Of a DNA stretch of 64,000 bases, positions 56,317 through 64,000 are shown piece after piece. Both the position numbers and the translations under genes were made by a program. Where the stretch lies: contig JBBSXB010000003.1 in the NCBI GenBank assembly GCA_038046005.1, positions 1 to 64,000 on the forward strand, given 5' to 3'. How positions within the stretch are numbered: position 1 is the stretch's first letter; the number at the start of each line of letters is the position of its first letter. Below the pieces are notes generated by a model. It saw only the letters and a list, made by a program, of their open reading frames with translations. It did not search any database and had not been told where the DNA came from. The stretch is from Nanobdellota archaeon (GTDB lineage Archaea; Nanobdellota; Nanobdellia; Pacearchaeales; GW2011-AR1).

Positions 56317-58947
56317 ATGAATTTTTATAAGAGGTACATACATAAAAACGGCAAGAAGCTTGGTCCATATTATTATTCCAACAAAAAAGTTGACGGAAAA
56401 GTAATATCAACTTATCTTGGAACAGAACCGCCGAGCAAATTTAGGCAATTAAAGCTTCCTAAAAACACGTTGAAGTTTGCGATAATAACTCTCTCTACGA
56501 TAAGTCTAGTCTTATTGGTCAATCTTATTTTTCATTTACAGTTATTCTCAACAGGAAACATTCCATTATCAACAATAGATGAGCAAAAAACTCCAAAAGA
56601 CATAGTTAGCGGATTAAATAATACAAACATAACAAATAGAACTCAGTCTAATCCCATTCAGCCAACAATTAACACTATTCAAAGTCAAGCAGTTATTAAT
56701 CAGCCGGTAAAATGGTCGAAAGAAATTCAGCTTGAAAAACCAGGAAAAATTATAGTTCAATTGCCAAAAGAAGCCCAAAATATATTAGTTTACAAAGTAA
56801 ACTCAGATGGTCAAAAAGAAAAAGTTGACGATAAGCAAATATCAATTACAGCAAAAGTCTCATCTGAAATAAACATCGATCAAACACGTGAAAAAAAAGA
56901 AAGCCCTATTTTAAAATTCTTTAAAAAAATAATAAGCTTCATAACAGGAAAAGCAGTTACAATTCAAGACACTAAAGAAATAAAAGAAATCACTATAAAT
57001 GAAAACGCAAAAGAATACGTAATTGAATATGAAACATCTTCTCCTACAATAACAGAGCACGAATCAGCAAATGGTAAGACAATTATGCTCTCTAATGCTG
57101 GCAGCGTAAGCTATCAAAACGTTTTAGTTTTTACAAATATTCCAGAAACTCTGAATGTAAAAAGTCCAGAAAATATAAGGGTGTATTGGAATGAACAAAA
57201 TAAATTTATCCAGCCTGAAAAAATTGAAGATAAGAACAGCAACGGAATTTATGACTACATAGAATGGATTGCTCCTTCTTCAGATAACCAAACTTTTGAG
57301 ATAATTGTAATAACAAAAGCAGAACATCTTGACGGCAATAGGCAATTCATCTCAGATATTTACGAACAAGTTAAAGATATTGATGATGTCTGGAGTGAGG
57401 AAATCCCTAGCCAAGATTATGTTAGGATCACATTTGAAAAAAATCTCACAAACCAAAACGATATTACAATTTTCCCTAGAATTATTAAGGGAAACCCAAG
57501 AATAGAAGTTTATGAAGAAAATACAAATAATTTAATCGCAGAATTCACAAATTTAACAAATGAAGAATACAATACAATTTATCTAACAAACTTGCAAGGA
57601 GAACAGGATGTCTTTGACTTAAAAATTATTGGAGGCAGTTTAGAATTTGACCATATGATTGATCCGACAGCACAGCCAGGAGGAGCTCCAAGTTTAATGG
57701 CTCAAGTTTGTTCAGCAGAAGACAACGCAGCACAAGGTTCTTTTGCTGGAACTTGTGATGGAGTTTATCCAAGAGCTTGCGGTACTGGAAATGACCTTGT
57801 AAGTTGCAACGACAATATAAGAGAAACCCATACTTCAGGCAACACTGCAAATTGGGGAGGAATTAAAATTCAAACCTTCAACAGTTCAGTAACTAACTGC
57901 CAATCAATAAGCCAGGTGTTTTTCTGTTACGAAAGATGGGTTTCTGCAGCAACAATAACGCAGTGTGATATTTCAGTGGACGCAAACGGCGGAGCCTCTT
58001 ACAGCGTAGTTACCTCAATATGCCCCACAACATTAATCAATTCTGGAATTACATGTACTGATGTAACTTCTTTGGAAAGCTGGGCATGTTCAAATTTCTT
58101 TGGTGCTTCCGGAACAAGAGCTTTGGCAAAATCAGAATTCAGGAAGTCTGGGGGCGGAGGAACAAGAACAATGAATTGGGATGTTTTTTACTTCAATATC
58201 ACATATACGCAAGCAAATCAAGCTCCAACAATAGACTCTATAAGTTCTATTCCTTCTTTGCCGCCTATTGAAAATAGTATGAGGCCGGTGACATTCAATG
58301 TTTCAGTTTCAGATCCAGATGGGTACACAGACATAACAAGTGTTTCCGCACAATTCAGCATGGCGGGAGAACCAACAAGAATAAACTCGTCATGCACATT
58401 ACAAAACGGAGCAGGGAACAATGCAAACTATTCTTGCACTATCAACATGCAGTACTATGACAAAGATGGGAACTGGAATGTAACGATTAACGTGACAGAC
58501 TCGCAATCACAGCAGGGCACAAACAACTCACAAATATTTGTCTACCAACTTCTGAAAGCAATTGTGATAAATTCTCCAACGACTGGATTGACTTGGCCAG
58601 GTTTATCCCAAGGCCAGACAAATATTTTTTCCAACAACGACCCGACAGTAATTGAAAATACTGGAAATTATCAAGGGCCAATTTTAATAACAGCATTTGA
58701 TCTTTTTGGGCAGACAAATCCAGCCCAGATAATTTCAGCATCTAACTTCATTGCAGGTCCAGCATCAGGTTTAGAGTGTACTGCAACACAACTCTCCAAC
58801 AATTTCCAAATTTCAATAGCAGGAAGTAATTTGCTAAGAGGTCCTGGAGCACAAACACAAATTTATTATTGTTTAAATTCTGTTCCGTTAGTTTCATCTC
58901 AAGATTATTCAGCATCAGGAGCAAGCAGCTGGATTATTGCAGTATAA
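56317..58947 (+). CDS. Large membrane-anchored surface protein with a basic N-terminal GPYYY domain
   Basis: Basic N-terminus, one TM, beta-rich and Cys-rich extracellular domains, many sequons; C-terminal domain paralogous to the next gene. Confidence 0.8.
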   Translation: MNFYKRYIHKNGKKLGPYYYSNKKVDGKVISTYLGTEPPSKFRQLKLPKNTLKFAIITLSTISLVLLVNLIFHLQLFSTGNIPLSTIDEQKTPKDIVSGLNNTNITNRTQSNPIQPTINTIQSQAVINQPVKWSKEIQLEKPGKIIVQLPKEAQNILVYKVNSDGQKEKVDDKQISITAKVSSEINIDQTREKKESPILKFFKKIISFITGKAVTIQDTKEIKEITINENAKEYVIEYETSSPTITEHESANGKTIMLSNAGSVSYQNVLVFTNIPETLNVKSPENIRVYWNEQNKFIQPEKIEDKNSNGIYDYIEWIAPSSDNQTFEIIVITKAEHLDGNRQFISDIYEQVKDIDDVWSEEIPSQDYVRITFEKNLTNQNDITIFPRIIKGNPRIEVYEENTNNLIAEFTNLTNEEYNTIYLTNLQGEQDVFDLKIIGGSLEFDHMIDPTAQPGGAPSLMAQVCSAEDNAAQGSFAGTCDGVYPRACGTGNDLVSCNDNIRETHTSGNTANWGGIKIQTFNSSVTNCQSISQVFFCYERWVSAATITQCDISVDANGGASYSVVTSICPTTLINSGITCTDVTSLESWACSNFFGASGTRALAKSEFRKSGGGGTRTMNWDVFYFNITYTQANQAPTIDSISSIPSLPPIENSMRPVTFNVSVSDPDGYTDITSVSAQFSMAGEPTRINSSCTLQNGAGNNANYSCTINMQYYDKDGNWNVTINVTDSQSQQGTNNSQIFVYQLLKAIVINSPTTGLTWPGLSQGQTNIFSNNDPTVIENTGNYQGPILITAFDLFGQTNPAQIISASNFIAGPASGLECTATQLSNNFQISIAGSNLLRGPGAQTQIYYCLNSVPLVSSQDYSASGASSWIIAV

Positions 58948-58981
58948 AAAACTTTAAAAACAACTAAATCTTTGGCTTATC

Positions 58982-59872
58982 ATGAAGAGTAAAAGAGGTT
59001 TGTATTTTGCAATTTTAATATTCAGCGTTTTAATATTGTCTTCTGTGGTTTCTGCAAGTTTTTGGGACTCGATTCAAAAAGTTTTCACAGGAAAAGCGTC
59101 TTCACAATCTCAAAATGTTTCTGTGACTGTTGCAGGAGGAAATCCTGTGACAATTGAAGTTCCAACACTTTCTGCTTTTCCAATAGAAGACAATCTAGTT
59201 GCTATCGTCTTCACAGCAAATGTTTCTGATGTTGACGGCATTAATGATATAAATGATTCAAGCGTAGCATCCAAACTTACAAATGGGGCAACAACAAGAA
59301 ATGGGGTCTGTTCATTAATTGGAAGCATAAGCTCTACAGCAAAGAGTTATTCCTGTTCAATTGACTTATGGTATTTTGACTCATCAACTCCTTGGGCATT
59401 AAATGTTTCTGCAAAAGATTTTGGTAATGGAACTTTAATAAGCAACACTTCAGTTTTCACATACAACCAACTAAAAGCAATGGTCATTTCTCCACTAACT
59501 TTAACCTGGCCAACAGTTGTTACAGGAGCCGTAATTCAGCAGTCAAACAATGACCCAACAATAATAAACAACACTGGAAATTACAACGGAGTTATTTCGG
59601 TAACAGCCAGAGATTTGATTGGAGAGACCAATCCTCTTGAAATATTGCCTACAAATTCATTCAGGGCAGGCCCAACATTAGGAACAGAATGCACAGCAAC
59701 CGCGTTGGTTAATGACACTATGGTCTCAATAACAGGAAGCAACTCAAACCCCGGAAATTTAAGTGCAGGAGGAGGACAGGCAAATCTTTATTATTGCATT
59801 CCTTCTGTCCCATTAATATCTTCACAAGTATATTCAACTACAGCAGGAGGAAGCTGGGCTGTACAATATTAA
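58982..59872 (+). CDS. Secreted surface protein, paralog of the preceding C-terminal domain
   Basis: Shared VSD.DG, YSC.I, LKA.VI, LTWP, SNNDPT.I.NTGNY, ECTAT.L, YYC..SVPL.SSQ.YS, SW. Confidence 0.85.
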   Translation: MKSKRGLYFAILIFSVLILSSVVSASFWDSIQKVFTGKASSQSQNVSVTVAGGNPVTIEVPTLSAFPIEDNLVAIVFTANVSDVDGINDINDSSVASKLTNGATTRNGVCSLIGSISSTAKSYSCSIDLWYFDSSTPWALNVSAKDFGNGTLISNTSVFTYNQLKAMVISPLTLTWPTVVTGAVIQQSNNDPTIINNTGNYNGVISVTARDLIGETNPLEILPTNSFRAGPTLGTECTATALVNDTMVSITGSNSNPGNLSAGGGQANLYYCIPSVPLISSQVYSTTAGGSWAVQY

Positions 59873-59873
59873 A

Positions 59874-60404
59874 ATGAAAAAAACAATTTTACCCGTGCTA
59901 ATTGTCCTTTCTCTATTCAGTTTTATTAGCTCAGCAGGAATCGCCTCTCCTTACTGGGAAAATAATCCCCTAAACATGAATTATGGGGAAACAAAAACAA
60001 TTGAGCTGAATCTTCAAAACATGGTTGGAGATGAAGACATTACTGTCAAAGTGATTATCAAACAAGGAGAAGATATAGCAACTCTTGACAAAGATACTTA
60101 TACTGCTGCAGCAGGAACATCAGATACATTAATTCCTTTGACAATAAAAATTCCTGAAAATTACGGAAAACCATCTCAAACAGTTGAGATAGAGACAAAA
60201 ACAGTGACGCAAGACCAAGGAGGAATGGTCACATTAGGGACAGGATGGACAACTAAGTTTGATGTTTTGTTATCAGAAAAATCAGATTCAGCTTCTGGAG
60301 GAGAATCTGGCTCTTCAACAGCAAAGATAATTGCTTTGGTAATAGCTATTATAGTCTTGATCTTAATAATCTTTTTTGTTATGAAAAGAAAAAGAAAGGC
60401 ATAA
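59874..60404 (+). CDS. Small surface protein with signal peptide and C-terminal TM
   Basis: GIASPYW..NPL, LQNMVG, TM plus KRKRK. Confidence 0.8.
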   Translation: MKKTILPVLIVLSLFSFISSAGIASPYWENNPLNMNYGETKTIELNLQNMVGDEDITVKVIIKQGEDIATLDKDTYTAAAGTSDTLIPLTIKIPENYGKPSQTVEIETKTVTQDQGGMVTLGTGWTTKFDVLLSEKSDSASGGESGSSTAKIIALVIAIIVLILIIFFVMKRKRKA

Positions 60405-60452
60405 ATCTTTTTCAACCCCAAAATTTATAATCTATTTTATCTATTTTAATTA

Positions 60453-61646
60453 ATGAAAAGGGTTATCTCTATACTGGCAATATTCTTTGTGTCAATTTTA
60501 ATATCAAATTATGTTAAAGCAGAAATAACGGGGGGAGCAGCCTCTCAACCCCAAAATGTTTCCATATTTGTATTGCCTGGTCTGCCCGTAATTAACATAT
60601 ATTCCCCACAAAACATTACCTACACAAACACAAGTGTCTTGTTAAACTATTCAATATCAAATAACTTTAGTTCTGCTTGGTATAATATAGACAACTCAGA
60701 TAATGTAACACTTCCAAACTCATCAAATTATTCAATAACACTAGCTTCTTTTTTAGGAAGCCATTTTCTTTATTTATATGCTAACAATAGCCAAGGGCTT
60801 AGTTTTTCAAAAATTGATTTTAGTATTTCAAGCCAGCCTACACAACCGCCAAGTTCTGGAGGCAGTGGAGGAGGTGGAGGTTCCGGCGGAGGCATTTCAG
60901 GCATAACTGCATTTGACTTGGAAAAAAATTTACTCCAAGTTTCATTAACACAAGGAGAAACCAAAACAGAGAATATTAAAATAAGAAATGTTGGGACTTC
61001 AAGAATAACGGTATCTATAGAGACTTTAGACTTGGAAAATTTTATACTAATTGAAGAAAAAAATTTAACCCTTAACGTAGGGGAAACAAAAGAGTTAGAA
61101 GCCCATTTTTTTGCATTATCTAATTTTCCCCCAGGAGTGTACTTTGGTAAAATAATATTCACTTCTGGAAGTTTTAGGGAATCAGTTGTTTCGGTTGTTG
61201 ATGTGAAGCAGAAGAACGCTCTTTTTGATGTAAACCTCGAAGTTCTTCCCAACTATAAAACAACTTCTCCCGGGAAAAAGATTTCTACTCTTATAGACAT
61301 GACCAATATTGCATTCAGAGGAACACCAATTGATGTTGACCTGTCTTTAAGGATAACTGACGTTGACAAAAAAATAGTCTATGAATCTTCAAAAGAGACA
61401 ATTGCTGTAAGAGACAATTTATCCATAACAAGGCAGCTTCAGTTGCCAAAAAATCTTGCGTCAGGAACATACTTTGTTTTGGGGGAAATTTTGTACAATA
61501 ATGTTTCTGCAAGTTCTTACGATACGATTGATGTAAAAAGTGATAAGCTTTCTATCTGGATTATCTTATTGGTTGTTCTGGCTTTTATTATATGGGCATT
61601 TTTGATTTGGTGGAAGATTCATAAGAACAGGAAGAGAAGAAGATAA
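60453..61646 (+). CDS. Surface protein with Ig-like domains, Gly/Ser linker and C-terminal TM
   Basis: IYSPQNITY, SSGGSGGGGGSGGG, PGVY.GKI, LFDV, TM plus RKRRR. Confidence 0.8.
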   Translation: MKRVISILAIFFVSILISNYVKAEITGGAASQPQNVSIFVLPGLPVINIYSPQNITYTNTSVLLNYSISNNFSSAWYNIDNSDNVTLPNSSNYSITLASFLGSHFLYLYANNSQGLSFSKIDFSISSQPTQPPSSGGSGGGGGSGGGISGITAFDLEKNLLQVSLTQGETKTENIKIRNVGTSRITVSIETLDLENFILIEEKNLTLNVGETKELEAHFFALSNFPPGVYFGKIIFTSGSFRESVVSVVDVKQKNALFDVNLEVLPNYKTTSPGKKISTLIDMTNIAFRGTPIDVDLSLRITDVDKKIVYESSKETIAVRDNLSITRQLQLPKNLASGTYFVLGEILYNNVSASSYDTIDVKSDKLSIWIILLVVLAFIIWAFLIWWKIHKNRKRRR

Positions 61647-61703
61647 TCCTAAATCCTTTTTCTTCCTTTCATTTGGATTTATACGAATGAATGAAACAAA
61701 AAA

Positions 61704-63701
61704 TTATATTTTTTTGTTTCTTAATAAATTAGCATTCATCACAACAGTTATACTTGATGCAGCCATTGCTATCTCAGCAATTATAGGATGCAACACTCCC
61801 GCAATTGCGGCCGGAATTGCAACAACATTATATGCAAAAGCCCAGAATAAATTTTGTTTTATCTTAGAGAATGTGGCTTTTGATAACCTTATTGCAGCTA
61901 CAACTCCAAGCAAAGAACCTCTTACTAAAACTAAATCTCCTGCCTCGATTGCAATATCCGACCCAGTTCCAATCGCAATTCCAACATTCGCCTGTTTCAA
62001 TGCAGGAGCATCATTAATTCCATCTCCAACAAATGCAACCATTCCGTATCTCTGAAGCTCTTCAACTTTTTTTGCCTTGTCTTCTGGAAGAACATTTGCA
62101 ATAACTTCTTTAATTCCCACTTGAGAAGCAATAGCTTTAGCTGTTCGTTCATTGTCCCCAGTAATCATCACAGTTTTGTATCCTTGTCTGCTTAAAAGCG
62201 AAATAGCCTTAACAGAATCTTCTTTAACAGCATCGGCAACTCCAATAATTCCTAAAACTTTTTTATCCTGTGAAACAATTACGGCTGTATAAGCTTTATT
62301 CTCAAATTCCTCAATTTTTCCATTCAAACTGTTCAACTTTATTCCTTTTTCTTTCATTAGTGTTGAATTTCCTATAACAATATTTTTGTTTTCTATTTTT
62401 CCTTCAACGCCTCTGCCTCTTAAAATCTTGAAATTTTTAACTCCTTTATATTTTTTCAATCCAGCTTTTGCAACAATTGCCTTTGACAAAGGATGCTCAC
62501 TTAACTTTTCAAGGCTTCCTGCAATTTCCATTAAATAATTTTCTTTAACACTAGAATAAATTTCTCTAACTTCTGGCTTGCCTTTTGTTATTGTTCCTGT
62601 TTTATCAAAAACAATAATCTTGACTTTCTTCATTGTTTGTATTGCCTCCCCTTTTCTTATTAAAATTCCTTTTTTTGCACCAATTCCGCTTCCAACAGTC
62701 AAGGCAATTGGTACGGCTAATCCTAAGGCACATGGGCAGGCAATAACCAAAACAGAAATTGCAACTCCAATAGATCTTCCTAGTTCTCCGTTAAAATACC
62801 ACCATCCCAAAAAAGTTAGGATAGTAATGACCAAAATTGTTGGCACGAAAATGCTTGTAATTTTGTCAGCAAGTTTTTGTATTGGGACTTTGGTTCCCTG
62901 AGCTTCTTCAACTAATTCAATAATATGTGCAAGGAAAGTATCTTTTCCAATTTTAGTTACTTTAACATATAAAATTCCATCCTGATTTATAGTTGCTCCA
63001 ATAACATTGTTCCCCTTTGTTTTATCTACTGGAAGGCTTTCCCCAGTTACCATAGATTCATCAACAGCACTCTCTCCTTTAACAACAATCCCATCTGTTG
63101 GAATTTTTTCTCCAGGCTTTATTATAATTATGTCTCCAATAACAACTTCAGAAATTGGTATCTCCACTTCATTTTTCCCTCTTAAAACTCGAGCGTTTTT
63201 TGCTCCAAGCTCTAAAAGTTTTTTTATCTCTTGAGTCGCTCTTCCCCTTGCTTTAGCTTCTATATATTTTCCAGTCACAAAAATAGCCATTATCATTGCG
63301 GCAACTCCAGAATAGTCATTTATCTTCATAAAAAATGTTAAAATTCCTGTTAGATAAGCAATGATTGTTCCCAAAGAGATCAAAGAATCCATATTGAAAT
63401 AAAAAGTAAACAACCCTCTTAATCCAGACTTTAATGTAGAAAACCCGAATATAAACACAACTGGGAATCCAAGAACCAACAAAATTATTATTGAGATTTG
63501 TTCATTAATTATAAATATGTCAAAAAACCTCATTAGAATCATAAGTATTGCTATTGGGGTCGCAAAAATCCAGCTTCCAACAAGTTTCTTTTTCCAATCT
63601 TTAATTTCAGAATCTTCCGCTGGTTTCGAGTGGTCATGCTCATCCATATTTTTTATTTTATTATGTTCATGATTGTCACTCATATTATGTTGATGTTCCA
63701 T
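61704..63701 (-). CDS. copA: Copper-translocating P1B-type ATPase
   Basis: [26 protein letters not shown]...P, MAASS; His-rich N-terminus. Confidence 0.95.
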   Translation of the reverse strand: MEHQHNMSDNHEHNKIKNMDEHDHSKPAEDSEIKDWKKKLVGSWIFATPIAILMILMRFFDIFIINEQISIIILLVLGFPVVFIFGFSTLKSGLRGLFTFYFNMDSLISLGTIIAYLTGILTFFMKINDYSGVAAMIMAIFVTGKYIEAKARGRATQEIKKLLELGAKNARVLRGKNEVEIPISEVVIGDIIIIKPGEKIPTDGIVVKGESAVDESMVTGESLPVDKTKGNNVIGATINQDGILYVKVTKIGKDTFLAHIIELVEEAQGTKVPIQKLADKITSIFVPTILVITILTFLGWWYFNGELGRSIGVAISVLVIACPCALGLAVPIALTVGSGIGAKKGILIRKGEAIQTMKKVKIIVFDKTGTITKGKPEVREIYSSVKENYLMEIAGSLEKLSEHPLSKAIVAKAGLKKYKGVKNFKILRGRGVEGKIENKNIVIGNSTLMKEKGIKLNSLNGKIEEFENKAYTAVIVSQDKKVLGIIGVADAVKEDSVKAISLLSRQGYKTVMITGDNERTAKAIASQVGIKEVIANVLPEDKAKKVEELQRYGMVAFVGDGINDAPALKQANVGIAIGTGSDIAIEAGDLVLVRGSLLGVVAAIRLSKATFSKIKQNLFWAFAYNVVAIPAAIAGVLHPIIAEIAMAASSITVVMNANLLRNKKI

Positions 63702-63707
63702 TATAAA

Positions 63708-63920
63708 TTAGTCTATAGAAATAGCTCTATACCCTGCTCTTGCAACAGCTTTTTTAAGATCTTCCTGATTTGTTCTTTCATCAATCTCAACAAATGCTTT
63801 TTTTCCTATAACACTTACATTAACTTCTTTTACTCCAGGAACTTTTTTCAGGCTTCTCTCAATATTACTGGCACAGCTTGCGCAGTGCATTCCGTCTATA
63901 TTTATTTTAATTTTTTTCAT
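63708..63920 (-). CDS. copZ: Heavy-metal (copper) chaperone, HMA domain
   Basis: GMHCASC...L.KVPGV...AGY. Confidence 0.9.
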   Translation of the reverse strand: MKKIKINIDGMHCASCASNIERSLKKVPGVKEVNVSVIGKKAFVEIDERTNQEDLKKAVARAGYRAISID

Positions 63921-63927
63921 TTTTCCC

Positions 63928-64000
63928 CTATTTTTTTTGTATTTGTTTAATCAGCCAAAATATAAGTAAAATTATTGCTACTGTTATTAAAATCATAAAA
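63928..64000 (-). CDS. C-terminus of a small membrane protein (partial)
   Basis: ...FMILITVAIILLIFWLIKQIQKK*. Confidence 0.55.
   Translation of the reverse strand, partial: FMILITVAIILLIFWLIKQIQKK

Noticed and set aside
60855-60895. GGN/AGT-rich repeat-like tract
   Set aside because: It encodes an ordinary Gly/Ser linker in a surface protein.
1412-63950. Numerous short antisense or overlapping ORFs in the track (e.g. 25638-26294, 39494-40054, 60770-61252, 61687-62055)
   Set aside because: They are shadow frames of well-supported genes, with no motifs or promoters of their own.
1-64000. CRISPR array, rRNA, IS element, integrase, or DGR template/variable repeat pair
   Set aside because: No regularly spaced repeats, rRNA-like tract, transposase, recombinase or reverse transcriptase was seen. 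Differences between the duplicated gene ends are synonymous and not adenine-specific.

Overview
Low-GC archaeal chromosome segment, most consistent with a DPANN lineage and probably Ca. Pacearchaeota. The inference rests on archaeal EF-1alpha/EF-2, Dph5, DtdA and DnaG, single-chain RpoA and RpoB, BRE/TATA promoters, and no biosynthetic pathways in 64 kb. It carries the rpoH-rpoB-rpoA-nusA-rps12-rps7-fusA-tuf cluster, interleaved with orphan genes. It also holds four tRNAs (two with introns), rnhB, an SMC-family ATPase, nrdR-nrdJ, repair genes, TA modules, surface proteins and copZ-copA. No integrase, transposase, CRISPR array or rRNA was seen. The main unexplained signals are: (1) duplicated, synonymously recoded 3' gene ends (smc x3, SIMPL x2) bracketing TA and other cargo; (2) related hairpin modules in tRNA introns and as an in-frame insertion in an MGMT gene; (3) an SMC-type ATPase with a Rad50-like CxxC hook at its midpoint; (4) an intact-looking GGDEF diguanylate cyclase in an archaeon; (5) a structured dnaG leader with a 6-nt-periodic TCA array; (6) a promoter variant shared by orphan genes. 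All protein calls come from motif recognition by eye. No searches were run.
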